From the NCBI GenBank assembly GCA_963733195.1, contig CAVTCR010000065.1:1-64000 (forward strand): a stretch of 64,000 nt of DNA, read 5' to 3'. The notes under the pieces were generated by a model. It saw only the letters and a program-made list of their open reading frames with translations. It made no database searches and was not told where the DNA came from. Position numbers and translations under genes: made by a program. Source of the stretch: an uncultured delta proteobacterium. Lineage in GTDB: Bacteria; Desulfobacterota; Binatia; Bin18. Of this stretch, positions 40,456 through 54,314 are shown one piece after another; positions within the stretch are counted from its first letter, which is position 1, and each line of letters starts with the position of its first letter.

Positions 40456-41259
40456 ATGCCTATTAACGTCATCGTCTGTGGCGCGGCTGGCCGTATGGGG
40501 AAACTCCTGGTGAGTCTCGTGCATGAGAATACCGAGATGCGGCTTGCCGGCGCAGTCGAGGCTTCTGGCCATTGGGCAATCAACAAAGATGCCGGAGAAG
40601 TCGCAGGTGTTGGACCAATTGGCCTCAAAGTATCGGACGACTACGGTGCAGTCGCAACGCCGGACACGGTGACACTTGACTTCACCATCCCCGAAGCCGC
40701 GCTCGATCATCTGCGAACCGCGGCAGAAAAAGGTGCGGCGATTGTTATTGGCACAACTGGATTCTCGGCAGCCCAACGGATCGAAACTGACGCACTTGCT
40801 GCGAAGACGCGAACGATTATCGCTCCGAATATGAGTATTGGTGTGAATGTTCTGCAAAAAGTCGTTGCCGATGTCGCGCGTATTCTCAAAGACGGATTTG
40901 ACCCTGAGATCGTTGAGATTCACCACCGCTTCAAGGCTGATGCGCCGAGTGGTACCGCCCTTGGGCTCGGTCGAGCCATCGCTGCTGCCCAAGGCAAGAA
41001 TTTTGATCAAGTTGCAACGCTTGCGCGTCAAGGGATCACAGGCCAACGCAAAGATGATGAGATTGGGATTGTGGCGTTACGCGGTGGTGACGTGATTGGC
41101 GATCACACTGTTGTGTTTGCCGGTTTTGCTGAGCGGATTGAACTAACGCATCGCGCCCAAAGCCGTGAGTGTCTCGCGCGCGGCGCGCTCCGTGCCGCCT
41201 CGTGGCTACCTTCGCAAAAGCCTGGGTTATATACGATGAAGGACGTGCTCGGATTATAG
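40456..41259 (+). CDS. dapB: 4-hydroxy-tetrahydrodipicolinate reductase
   Basis: GAAGRMG, IGTTG, EIHHRFKADAPSGTA, RGGDVIGDH. Confidence 0.97.
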   Translation: MPINVIVCGAAGRMGKLLVSLVHENTEMRLAGAVEASGHWAINKDAGEVAGVGPIGLKVSDDYGAVATPDTVTLDFTIPEAALDHLRTAAEKGAAIVIGTTGFSAAQRIETDALAAKTRTIIAPNMSIGVNVLQKVVADVARILKDGFDPEIVEIHHRFKADAPSGTALGLGRAIAAAQGKNFDQVATLARQGITGQRKDDEIGIVALRGGDVIGDHTVVFAGFAERIELTHRAQSRECLARGALRAASWLPSQKPGLYTMKDVLGL

Positions 41260-41278
41260 AGCGAAATGAGGCACGCTC

Positions 41279-41304
41279 TGGGAGCGCGGGCGTCTCGCCC
41301 GCAG
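41279..41304. repeat. REP-like palindrome
   Basis: TGGGAGCGCGGGCGTCTCGCCCGC. Confidence 0.5.
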
Positions 41305-41646
41305 TCCCAAGAAAGTAATGTCTTATGCAGGCACTTCGGCCTACAGAACCGACAGCACGTTCTTTCGCTTCGCGTGAGCTGCTCGCTGTTGTCTTTCCTG
41401 GCGATCCTTTTGCTGGGAGGCAGCAGCAATAGCCTCCCGCACCCCAAAGCGGCCAGTAGCGCAGAGACCAAGAATAGTTTCAGTGACAGACCGTGGTGAA
41501 AATTTCGCTTTCGTTGCTGTTGTTGTACGCATTTGTTGTTCCTCCACTTCCGCAACCGCTTCCGCTACCCCTCGCCCTACAAGAAAGATCGGCAGTTTCT
41601 TGAATTTCTGATTTCTTGCGAGCGAGCATGCGCTAAATTTTGTTTC

Positions 41647-41760
41647 TTACTATTTCCCCTGAAACTTGGCTGGTTGTTTCTCCAGGAATGCGGTCACCAC
41701 TTCTTTATGATCCTGTGTCTGAAAGAAATAGTCAAGTTCGAAAGTCTCAGTTTGCACCGC
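41647..41760 (-). repeat. displaced copy of the enoyl-CoA hydratase 3' end (att-like direct repeat)
   Basis: 114 bp matching 48950-49063 with 11 mismatches by manual alignment, including the stop codons. Confidence 0.9.
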
Positions 41761-41804
41761 TCTCATCGATTCTACGGCTTCTTGGGCAAGATCAGTTGCA
41801 AGAG

Positions 41805-41892
41805 CTCAGGACAGCAATATCCCCTATGCTGCGCACACATCAATAGTGTTCGGCCAGCGTGTTTCACATACTCAGGACAGCAATATCCCCTA
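41805..41892. repeat. 22-bp direct repeat x2
   Basis: CTCAGGACAGCAATATCCCCTA at 41805-41826 and 41871-41892. Confidence 0.85.
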
Positions 41893-42039
41893 GCGGCGAC
41901 AGCCTGAGGAGCATGACGCCACGATTTACGTGTGCACGGAAATAGTCAGGTACCCTCGATCAACGCCGTCTCGCCGGCAGCGCTCTTTCAGTAAGGCAAC
42001 AAAGAGATCGTCTATTTCCGTGTCGTTCCGGTGCGCGTG

Positions 42040-43134
42040 CGTGACAGCGGATGAGCTTGCTCTTCGGCCGTGTTGTTGCTGGTCAACGCATCCGACATCA
42101 CCAGCGGTTTGCTCCCGCTGCGGCTCCCGTTGGGCTAAGAGCGCGTCCAGATTCTCCCCCGCATGCTGCCGCCCGGTATAATAGAAACAGATCCGCCGCT
42201 CTCCGACTTGCACGATCAACGCCGTCGTATACATCCCCGTCCGGGCCGGCTCGGCGCCCCGAGGCTGTCGCTTGCGCGCCGGCCTGCTGGTTCTCCTCGA
42301 TCAAGCGTCAAGACCCGCCCGGGCGTGTCATCTTGAAAGATCACCTCGCCTTGCGCGGCCAATCGCTCCAAGTACTTGAAGATCGGATCGCCACAATCTC
42401 CCACGAGCTCCGCTTGATCCCATTGCGTGGCATCGGGCACGGGCACACCCACCAACGCTTGAAACCCTTCGAGCCGATACCACGGCAGCCCCAGATAATA
42501 GCGCGCCAGGGCGAACACCGCCCGCGCCCGGGCACTGTACTTCTCTGCACCCGGTGCGGCGGGCACGGACGCGGTGAAGATTTGCCCACAGGCGGAGCAC
42601 CGCAACTTCTCCAGCTCATAGCGAAGGGCTGAGAGGAACGCATTGCCGTCGAGCCGCATCTCCACGCCCGGCGATAACTGATATAACCGCCCCCGCCCAC
42701 ACGCTGGACACCGCTCGCCCACCGCTAATTCCTCATGTCGACACGCGACCGTTTGCGCCCCCCGATAGACCTCCGCGCCGTGCCGCCCATGCCCTGCTGG
42801 ACGTTGCTTCCCCACGGTCGACTCCGGCGTAGCACGTCTCCTCCCCTCCCTGTGTGAGGCTTCCGTCTGCCCCCCGTGCCGCCCGTGCTCCCCCACTCGG
42901 GGTCCCGCCCGCCGGCGGGGGCTCGCGCTTCTTGGGCTTCTCACCAAACACCAGGGCCTTTAAACGCTTGAGACTCAGCTTTGCTTCCCGCAGGGCAAAC
43001 AGCAGCCAGAAGTAAAACGTGAGCACCTTCACCAGGACCCGGCGATCCTCCGCGCTCAACGCATTGCGCTCAATCCGCTCAATGAGCGCTTCGCCTTCTT
43101 CGCGACTGAGTGTGACTTCTTCCGGCCGCTTCAT
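42040..43134 (-). pseudogene. IS66-family transposase (TnpC-like), frameshifted and C-terminally truncated
   Basis: LKALVFGEK, CPACG..RCSACG zinc motif, LPWYRLE, FQDDTP, TGRQHAGENL, DAL. Confidence 0.8.
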
Positions 43135-43768
43135 CGCACCATTCCTCCGATGCCATTTACCAACCCTGCAGCAGGGGCGTGGCCTTCGACCGCGGCAGTT
43201 ATAGCAGGAAGCGCGGGCGCTCGTGAAGGACGGGACTCCTGCTGTCGGTGTCAAGCGCTCAGCTTGCGTAGTCAAACTGCCGCTCATGCACGATGGAAAA
43301 TGTCAAGCAGCGCCACCGGAAAGACACCCCCAACGGGCTTTCCCCAACGGACCGTCCCGAGGCCCTGGCGCCCGGAAACCCCTGACGCTCTTCCCTCACC
43401 CATCCTGCGCCGCCTGTCCAGGCCGCGCCACGCCTTGCTGCGAGGCGATGCGGCAAACAGCTGCTGCTGGCGGGCGATGTTGGCATGCCCCCAGGGTGTT
43501 TTCGGGGGCTGTGCTCCGGAAGGGGCGGCGCTCAAATAGCGTTTGAACCTCCTATCCTCACAGAAGGCCTACGATGGCGAGCGTTTTCCCAGTTTGACGC
43601 GTATCACCATGTACTCTGGACGACCGCGACGTCTGTGGGCCAGGCCGGCGCCTCTCCATCACAATGTGCTCGTGGCCTGGTGACTCGGCACACACCCCCG
43701 TCAACAGCAAAGCGCGGGCGAACCGCAGAGGGTAGCCCGCGCTTGCTGCAACGGTATTGGTAACGAAC

Positions 43769-46014
<2,246 letters not shown>

Positions 46015-46206
46015 GTCGATCCTTCTCCTTTCTGGCTGATTCGCTGCAACTAATGGCAGATAGCGAGGCCTATCTTGCCGCTGATTTGCGCCGCCCGGGG
46101 CCGCATCGAGGTCCAGCGGCACGGCACTCGCGCATATGCTATACTAGACGCTAACGTTCTATGAACATGAACTGACGCATACAACCGACAGTAAAGAAAG
46201 TCAATT

Positions 46207-46524
46207 CTAGCGGCTCTGGTGCCGAGGTCGGGTGCACTCCTGGTGCTGCGGCCGTCCTGGCTCCGTTGCCGCCCGCCCCCCACCGGCCGCAGTCCCGCCT
46301 GACGTCGGCGGCTCGCGTTTCTTGGGCTTCTCGCCAAACACCAACGTCCTCAGTCGTTTCAGACTTAGCTTCGCCTCGCGTAACGCAAAGAGCAACCAGA
46401 AATAAAACGTCAGCACCTTCACGAGCACCCGCCGATCCTCGGCGGTCAAGGCATCCTTTTCGAGACGCTCGATCAACGCTTCGCCGTCCTCGCGGCTGAG
46501 GGTCACTTCTTCAGGACGTTTCAT
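46207..46524 (-). pseudogene. second IS66-family transposase N-terminal remnant
   Basis: MKRPEEVTLSRE...VFGEKPKKREPP nearly identical to the copy starting at 43134. Confidence 0.85.
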
Positions 46525-47168
46525 CGCACCCTCTCCTCCTCCGATTCCGTTCGCCATATCCCAGCAAACGGCTTCCGGCCTGAGACTGCGAAGCTTATAG
46601 CAGGAGGGACGCACACTAGTGAAGGAGGGGGCAAGTGCCCTCAGCCTCAAGTATTCGGCATAAGCCGTCGAGTTGGGACTGCGCCTCAATCGGGAATGTC
46701 AAGCAGGCGTCACCGGAAGGACACTATTCTCCAAGCATGGTATACCGATCTGAACTGCCCGTTCCTCTCTCAGGGTACTCGTCAAGAGTTAGCAATGACG
46801 GCTCGGCCAGAGACAGACAAACCCGGGATGCGACACAAAAGGTTTGGGAATTACGTTGAACTTGACACCTGCCTCCCAACCGGCGGCTTTGTGGGGGCAA
46901 TACGCTATTGCTGAGGCAGGGAACAGGGCCACAAACCCCGCAAGAGGAGTGGCATACCAGAGAGCTTGTGGGTTCTACAAGGCGGCCCGAAAACGCGGAG
47001 TAAGGCATACAAAAAAGCGTTAGGTCTTGTCAGACATGTCCCCAACTTGCGTCCACGAAGGGGGGTGTCCAGACGCATTCAGCGAGTAGAAGGGCGGCAC
47101 GGAGAAGCAGCGGAGGGCAGAAGAGAGGAGGGAGTGATTAGAGGAATACGCTATCCGCTAGGACGTGT

Positions 47169-47880
47169 CTAAATCTCATGGGTCTGAGTCAGCCGCTGGA
47201 CAAACTCTTCATGTTCACGGCTTGCTATACCTTCCCCGAGGTTTTCAGAACTCCGGCTAAGTCTCCCTGTAACATCGCCGCAGCATCGAGCCAGAGACCA
47301 GGAAATGTCTCGCTTTTGTATATCTCTGTCTCATTCGGAGGTAAGCGATCGTAGCGACCATCACGCAAGACAAACCAATCAATCGCGTTGTCCACTGTCC
47401 GCCAGACGATATACTCACGGACACCGTGGCGACGATAGACATCTAACTTTTGGTGTAAATCATAGGCAACACTACTGGAAGCAACCTCTGCCACCAACTC
47501 AGGGGGGCCTTCGATAAAGCCATCAGCAGCACATGAGACTGGCCGCCGTTAGTGATACGAAGGAGAACGTCTGGTTGCGGGTTCGTTGTCCAAGTCCAAC
47601 CGGACTGTGGTGTTATCGCTAACCGCGACTCCAGGGGTCGATGCCGAGTAGACGACCAACCAGCATTCAACGCGAAATGTTCGCGGCCATGTCCTTCATA
47701 ACGAACAGGGGAAGGCATGTAGACTACTCCTGCGATGAGCTCTGCTTTCTTGAGATGCCGCATGGCTTCATAGCGACGCTCAAACTCCGGGCGTGTCAGT
47801 TGGTCGCCATTTTCAAGCAGAGGAACTTCCCGAACAACTGCTGAGGCTTGAGTTGATGTGGATTGAGATGAAATAGACAT
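47169..47880 (-). CDS. Uma2-family (DUF820) endonuclease (frameshifts)
   Basis: [39 protein letters not shown]...Y...GV.EY, FPGLWLD. Confidence 0.9.
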
Positions 47881-48029
47881 GAGAAAAACTTCTCTCCTCT
47901 ATGAGATATTCTCTTTATTCAATGTTCCCCTCTCAACCTTGGTGAGAGCCTTATAGATTTCTGTTTTCAAGCGCTCGTCAGCTTTGGATGAGCTGCTCAA
48001 TACGAACCAATTAGAGTACGAACGCAGGA

Positions 48030-48413
48030 TTGAACGGCAACTATGGTCTGTTCGATTTCTTTCGGGCTGTTACTGACATCATGATTCGACAGGAGGTGTT
48101 GAGCGCTGAAATCGGTCAGATGATTTACGATGCACGTACGAAAGCTGGCCTTACACAGCAGCAACTTGCCAATCGCCTCGGAACGACCCAATCGGTCATA
48201 TCGCGTCTAGAGAGCGCTAATTATGAGGGTCATTCACTGAGCATGTTACAGCGCATTGCAGAAGTCTTGGGGCAAAAACTGGAATTGAGACTTTCAGCGG
48301 CAGCGGAGGAGGCATCCCCGCTTATTCGGATAGCGAGTCGCGTCGATTGCGATTGCGAGAAAGACCAAGGAGACAACGACCAACAGAACGGCGACAAGCG
48401 TTTCCATGACTAA
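48030..48413 (+). CDS. XRE-family HTH regulator/antitoxin (start and C-terminus uncertain)
   Basis: RTKAGLTQQQLA..LGTTQSVISRLE..YEGHSLSMLQRIA. Confidence 0.75.
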   Translation: MNGNYGLFDFFRAVTDIMIRQEVLSAEIGQMIYDARTKAGLTQQQLANRLGTTQSVISRLESANYEGHSLSMLQRIAEVLGQKLELRLSAAAEEASPLIRIASRVDCDCEKDQGDNDQQNGDKRFHD

Positions 48414-48444
48414 AGCTTCTGTGATCTTTGGATTGGTCTCTCAA

Positions 48445-48783
48445 ATGGCGACCAAGAAAAAAATGAAATCAGCTGCATTGCAGTTTGTGTACGACCAATA
48501 CATCAAGGGCGATCCGGAACGGGAAGTGTCTTTCGAGAATGAAGTGCTGAACGCCAAGATTGCTCGGGAAATCTATGACCTGCGTACAAAAGCTGGATTG
48601 TCACAACGTCAGCTTGCTAAAGTCGTCGAGACCACGGCTTCCGTGATCTGCCGCCTTGAAGACGCAGACTACGAGGGACATTCTCTTTCAATGCTCCAGC
48701 GGATTGCCGCAGCGCTGGATAGTCGAGTAGAAATTCGTATTGTTCCTCTACGAAAGAAGCCACGGATTAAGAAGGCTGCGTAG
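48445..48783 (+). CDS. XRE-family HTH regulator/antitoxin (HigA-like)
   Basis: RTKAGLSQRQLA..TTASVICRLEDADYEGHSLSMLQRIA. Confidence 0.85.
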   Translation: MATKKKMKSAALQFVYDQYIKGDPEREVSFENEVLNAKIAREIYDLRTKAGLSQRQLAKVVETTASVICRLEDADYEGHSLSMLQRIAAALDSRVEIRIVPLRKKPRIKKAA

Positions 48784-48952
48784 ACTGGCTTCAAGACTAC
48801 GGTTGAAGGCTGAGGAAAATGATGCTCATCACACGTGATCTGGCGCTGAGTGCGCTTGAACACGTCTTCCCCTTTAAAGCATTCTGATCGGGTCTTGCTT
48901 AGACCGTGTGCCAAGCTTCTCCTTCGCTTGCCTTCCCGGTGCTGTTCTATTA

Positions 48953-49763
48953 CTATTTCCCCTGAAACTTGGCTGGTCGTTTCTCCAGGAATGCGGCTAC
49001 CGCTTCTTTATGGTCTTGGGTCTGAAAGAGATAGTCAAGTCCGAAAGTCTCAGTTTGTACTGCGGCATCAAAGTCACTCTCTGCACCTTGGAGCAGTGCA
49101 CGTTTCGAGACGGCAAGTGCCAACGGTGGCAATGACGCGATCTGTGTGGCCATTTCGCGTACCGCAGTCATGAGCCCTTCACCTGGGACGACTTGGTTGA
49201 CGAGCCCGATATCGAGCGCTTCTTTCGCCTTCAACACTTTGGCGGTGTAGGTAAGCTCCAACGCTTTGGCTAGGCCAATGAGCCTCGGCAACATGAAGGT
49301 TGAGCCCTAACTCTGGCATCAGGCCCATACGCGCGAAAATCGCGCCGATCGACGCCTCTTCTGCCATAATACGAATGTCTTGCAGTAAGGTCAGTGTCAG
49401 ACCGATGCCTACTGCCGGACCGTTGATAGCCGCAATTGTCGGCTTGGCGCAATTGTAGAGCGCGTAATGCAAGCCTGAACGTGGATGCACAACTTGTGAG
49501 GTCATGCGAGAAGAAGAGGAGGACTTTCCCTCATCTTTGATCTGCTTCTGGAACACGCCGCCGACATCTGCTCCCGAGCAAAAGCCGCGACCCGCGCCAG
49601 TCATGATGATAACGCGAACGTCGTTATCTTTGCTTAAGGTCGTGTAGGCATGAGTCAACTCATCGCCCATTAATGTAGTGTACGCATTCAATTTCTGCGG
49701 ACGATTGAGTGTTACTGTAGCGATGTAATCTTTGATCTCGACGAGGATTTCTTGGTATTCCAT
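48953..49763 (-). CDS. enoyl-CoA hydratase/isomerase (frameshift near 49300)
   Basis: TLNRPQKLNA, GRGFCSGAD, IAAINGPAVGIG, EAVAAFLEKR. Confidence 0.92.
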
Positions 49764-49847
49764 GCGGCCTCCATATCCAGGCTGGTGGCCGAAAGATAAC
49801 GAATCTTGTGCAGATGGGAAAGCCGGTGCATTACAGCAGCCTGACTC

Positions 49848-51405
49848 TTGGTATTTGTAACCGATGTGGTAGACCTGTCGGCGATGTTAACGCAGAGCGA
49901 GACGAATGTAGGACGGTTGACGACTTTGATCGAGGCGACACAGCGTCTTGTGGCGATGGCTGAGCCGGAAGACTTGCTACAAACGATTCTGGAATCGACG
50001 CTCCGTTTATTCGCTGCACAAGCATGCAGCATTGCGTTGGTCGATGAGAGCGCTCAACAGCTGTCCTTTGCCTTTACACTAGGTGGAGCAAAGCTCGAAG
50101 AGATCCATCTGCCTATTGGGCAAGGTATTATCGGGTGGGTCGCAGCAAACGGCGAAGGAGTGATCTGCAACGATGTCTCTGCGGAACCGCGATTCTTCGG
50201 GCAGATCGATCGTCAAACCGGATTCAGAACAAGAACGGTGCTGTGTGCGCCACTCCGCCATGAGGGTCAGCTTGTTGGGGCGATCGAAGTGTTGAATACT
50301 GCTACTGTCAGTGGGTTCCAGCCAGCGGACTTGGAACTGTTGTTGGCATTTGGCGGGTTAGCCACGCCCGCGCTGTATCGGACGAAAGCTACGGCTGCGA
50401 TTCGCAAAGCCAAAGTTGCTTTTGAAGAGGTTGTTCAAGCGCGCTACCGACTGGTTGGGGGTTCAAGTCCCGCGATGCAGGAGGCGTTGCATATCGCCCG
50501 CAGTGCCGCGGCGGCAACTTCCACTGTGCTCCTGCTCGGTGAGAGTGGTACCGGAAAGGAAGTGATCGCACGCACGATTCACCAGTGGAGTCCACGTGCA
50601 GAACAGCCCTTTGTAGCGGTGAATTGCGTTGCTCTGACCCCAGAATTGTTGGAGAGTGAACTCTTCGGCCACGAGAAAGGCGCGTTTACTGGCGCCATCG
50701 CCCAGAAGCGGGGTAAGTTTGAGTTAGCAGACGGAGGGACAATTTTCCTTGACGAAATCGGTGACCTTGCGCCTAATCTGCAAGCGAAACTCCTCCGTGT
50801 TTTGCAAGAGAAAGAGTTCCAGCGGGTTGGCGGGATTAAGGATTTTCGGGTGGACGTTCGCGTGATTGCGGCCACCAATCGAAACCTACGGCAAGCCATG
50901 CAACAGGGTGGATTCCGTGAAGACCTTTACTATCGACTCAATGTTGTGCCGATTGTTCTACCGCCGCTACGAGAGCGTACGGAAGACTTACCTGCGCTGA
51001 TCGAGTATTTCACAGCACGTTACTGCGATGAGATGAAACGCCCGCGGCTGAGGATTGATGCTGCTGCAATGACGGTACCTCCAAGGATATCACTGGCCAG
51101 GAAACGTCCGTGAGTTGCAAAATATCATCGAGCGAGCGGCGGTTTTATCGCCGGGGCCCTTACTAACCGTAGCCGACCTCCCGGCTGAGATGCGGCAACT
51201 GGGCACTCTCGGCGCAGATACCTCTGGGCCTTCCCAACCAACGGGTCAATTCATATCACTTGCAGAAGCTATCGAAGCGTTTAAACGCGAGCAGATTCAA
51301 CGGGCACTGGCAGAGAGCGGCGGCAATCAAACAAAAGCCGCGCTGCGTCTTGGTCTCCCACGCCCGAATCTCTCTCGCTTGATGAAGCAGCTCGGGTTGC
51401 GGTGA
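49848..51405 (+). CDS. GAF-domain sigma54-dependent activator (NifA-like; frameshift near 51080)
   Basis: GAF domain; [36 protein letters not shown]; C-terminal Fis HTH. Confidence 0.92.
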
Positions 51406-51449
51406 TTAGTCACTTGTCTGTTTGTATGCAAAACGAGGCTGCCGTCATC

Positions 51450-52046
51450 CTATCGCGGAATCCCATACGCCTCGCCACGCGCTAAGAACGTCGCAACATC
51501 GTTAGCCATGAGCAGGATGTCGTGGGTCTTGCCCGACCGGTCTTTCACTTCATTGCGTAGTAGCGCTTCAGGACGAAAGCCGAGTTCCTCGAACACCGTC
51601 CGTGCTCCGGTTTGATCGGGGGTCATCCGTGCCACGATCTTCTCAATGCCCAGGGTCAGTGCGACGTTAAACGCTTCGCGGGTGAGGAGGCGGCCAAGCC
51701 CAAGATTCCGGGCCTGTGGAGCAACCAAGACCCGCAGCTCCGCTACATGCCGTGACCAATCGAAGTCATTGCGATACAGACTACCGTACCCCAGGATCTG
51801 TGCTTGATCCTCGGCAAGGACAGTATACATGGTTCCGTCGGCGACATTGCGCACCCAGGTATCGATCGTCGACTGCTTCGTGATGTCCCGTCGCAGAAAC
51901 AGGAGATCGTGGTCCGAGAGTTGTTGCGCGAACGTACGCAGACGGGGGCCGTCTGTCGTCGTCATCATCCGTACAGTAATCGTCTGCCCTTTGATTGTCA
52001 CGGTTTTGGGAAAGCCTTCCACAGTATCCTCCTGTCCGTCAGTCAT
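51450..52046 (-). CDS. GNAT-family N-acetyltransferase
   Basis: VAPQARNLGLGR, FEELGF. Confidence 0.88.
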   Translation of the reverse strand: MTDGQEDTVEGFPKTVTIKGQTITVRMMTTTDGPRLRTFAQQLSDHDLLFLRRDITKQSTIDTWVRNVADGTMYTVLAEDQAQILGYGSLYRNDFDWSRHVAELRVLVAPQARNLGLGRLLTREAFNVALTLGIEKIVARMTPDQTGARTVFEELGFRPEALLRNEVKDRSGKTHDILLMANDVATFLARGEAYGIPR

Positions 52047-52055
52047 AATCTGTGC

Positions 52056-53138
52056 TTACACGGAGCGTTCAGCGAGCCATCTGTCAAGCTGCGGCCACAG
52101 TCGATGGACGGCATTGGCTCCAGCTACCAGGCTTACGTGTCCACCTTTGAGTATGATCTCGGTCTTGTCCTTGCTACCGATTAAGCCGATCAGATCACGT
52201 GAGGCTTCCGCCGGTACGATATGATCATGCTCAGCGGCAACGTGCAGAAACGGGACACGGATCTGACCGAGGTTGACCTTTCGCCCTGCCAGCGTGAATT
52301 CGTTCCGCACGAGCTTGTTCTCGCGTATAAACTCAGTAATAAACTGCCGAGCCGTCTCTCCTGCAAAGGGAATCTGGTCGGCGGCCCAGCGCTCAAAACG
52401 CAAATGCGCTTTCACGAAGGCGTCATCATGGACGTTATCGAGGAGCTTTAATCGCCCAGCCGTCTTCTGGAATGGGCGCAGCATGTCGAACGACACTTCG
52501 ATCAACTCCGGCGGTATATTCCCCAAGGTTGCGATTAACTGGTCAAGATCGAAGTGTGCGGGGTCGGTCCAGGTGCGATACAGGGACATGCCCTCGGCGT
52601 TAATCGGAGTGGTGAAGCAGACTAAGTTTTTGACCGGACCGTCAGCATGGAGCGCGGCATACATCGACGCTAATTGTCCGCCCATGCAGTAGCCGACCAT
52701 CGACACATCCGGCTCCCCAGAGTCTTCATTTATCACTCGCACGCAGGCGGGGATAAAGTCCAACACGTAGTCTTCGAGGCGGAGAGTTGAATGCTCAGCG
52801 CGCGGGACGCCCCAGTCAATCAGATACACATCAAAACCCTGGCGCAGCAAAAACTCGACTAAACTCTGTCCTTTGGTCAAGTCCAAAATATAGGATCGGC
52901 TCACCAGTGACATGACAAGGACAATTGGGACGCGGTAGATCTCGTCACAGAGGGGGCGATAGCGGTAGAGCTTGAGGGTCCCTTGGCTGTAGATAACATC
53001 TTTGGGTGTCGCTCCAAGCTCACCAGTCAACTCATCAAGCGAACCGAGTCCGGGAATGTGGCGTTGAAGCGCACGATCGACCGCGGCACGCGCCTGGGCT
53101 GCAATCTCTTCGGTTGAAGGACGTTGCTCTTGTTGCAT
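52056..53138 (-). CDS. phaC: class III/IV PHA synthase catalytic subunit
   Basis: TPKDVIY, YILDL, DWG, lipase box GYCMGG, DHIVP, GGH. Confidence 0.9.
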   Translation of the reverse strand: MQQEQRPSTEEIAAQARAAVDRALQRHIPGLGSLDELTGELGATPKDVIYSQGTLKLYRYRPLCDEIYRVPIVLVMSLVSRSYILDLTKGQSLVEFLLRQGFDVYLIDWGVPRAEHSTLRLEDYVLDFIPACVRVINEDSGEPDVSMVGYCMGGQLASMYAALHADGPVKNLVCFTTPINAEGMSLYRTWTDPAHFDLDQLIATLGNIPPELIEVSFDMLRPFQKTAGRLKLLDNVHDDAFVKAHLRFERWAADQIPFAGETARQFITEFIRENKLVRNEFTLAGRKVNLGQIRVPFLHVAAEHDHIVPAEASRDLIGLIGSKDKTEIILKGGHVSLVAGANAVHRLWPQLDRWLAERSV

Positions 53139-53141
53139 CGA

Positions 53142-53537
53142 TTACTCCTGCTTAGGTGGCGTTTTTGTCCGCTTGGGACGGGGCGCGTGTAAATCCGTGC
53201 CAGTTGCTAAGTTCTGCTTGGTCAACGCCTGGCGTAGTTGGCGAATCTCAACTTGCAGCCCGGCAATCGTATCTTCGAGTTTGCCCACCCGGTCACTAAG
53301 CGCCAGGACATCTGAGCGTGAAGGGAAGTTGAGGTTGGCTAACCATTTGGCCATCGCTTCAGTGAACATGCGTTGGGCATGCACGGCTTCTTGCAAATAC
53401 TTGCCTGTACTCTTGGCGACACGGTCGTCACCCATGAGCTGCGTGATGCCTTCGTTCCACGACTTCTCTGATTTCTGATACCACTCACGCCACAGTCGGA
53501 CTGGATCGAGATTCACACTCTTGTCACTTTTGGTCAT
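53142..53537 (-). CDS. PHA synthase accessory subunit (PhaE/PhaR-like)
   Basis: LNFPSRSDV..L..RV..LE coiled coil; directly upstream of phaC. Confidence 0.75.
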   Translation of the reverse strand: MTKSDKSVNLDPVRLWREWYQKSEKSWNEGITQLMGDDRVAKSTGKYLQEAVHAQRMFTEAMAKWLANLNFPSRSDVLALSDRVGKLEDTIAGLQVEIRQLRQALTKQNLATGTDLHAPRPKRTKTPPKQE

Positions 53538-53624
53538 AGTTCATTACTTCCTTTGCCTGACTATTACGCGGCGATTTCCCTTACCGCTGGGGCAGGGCTG
53601 ACGCGACTCCCCACTCTCCATGCC

Positions 53625-54142
53625 TTATCTTTTTACCTTCTTGATCACTGGCTTGCCGTTCTGGAAGGCTGGTTCGTCAACTCCCATACTCCACTTCACT
53701 ACTGGTGTGATGCGCAGGTATTCGCCTTCTCCGAGCAACCCGTACGTTTAACAACCTCCGCTGTGCCATGAATCTTGATGGAGCGAGGCTTCCACGGCGT
53801 GAGCGATTCCCAGTCGTCGAAAACTAGAGCGACTCTGCCGTTGCCTCGCATGACGTTGCGGTACTTCATCGTCGCCGGGTTGTTACGTCCGCCAATATAG
53901 AAGTATGAGCCGTCGAACTCGAAGGATACTGGGGCAACGTCGGGTTGTTGTTTTTTGGAGACGGTCGCAATGCGGGCGAGACGTTGCGCCTTGATATAGG
54001 CAATCTCTTTTTCGGAAAACATCGCTTTGCTTTCTTGTGATGGGGTTGCTTCTGCAGCAGTTGCCCTCTGAGGCACGATTACCACGAGAGTCGCGAGTAG
54101 AAAGCAGCCTCGTATCATTGGCCAGCGACAGTTCCATTGCAT
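53625..54142 (-). CDS. PPOX-class (F420/FMN) oxidoreductase with N-terminal signal-like extension (frameshift near 53740)
   Basis: QRLARIATV..QPDVAPV.F, KYRNV, VALVFDD, PWKPR; RBS GGAGGAG before ATG 54142. Confidence 0.8.
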
Positions 54143-54314
54143 CCTACTCCTCCTTTGACATAAGGTCATTATCGCAACGACCTCTACAACACCGCCCGGA
54201 CAGACTACTAGCAAATCCACCTGCTATCGCTAGCTTCGCTTGAATGTACGCTTTGCGCTTGCAATGTCCTCTAATGTCCAATAAAAGAGACAAAAAGATA
54301 ATACGAGGGAGAAA

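Noticed and set aside
41805-41892. Mini CRISPR array
   Set aside because: Only two 22-bp repeats, no clear palindrome, leader or cas genes
47020-47172. MITE with GGACGTGTCT-type ends
   Set aside because: The two end-like motifs face outward and no target duplication is evident
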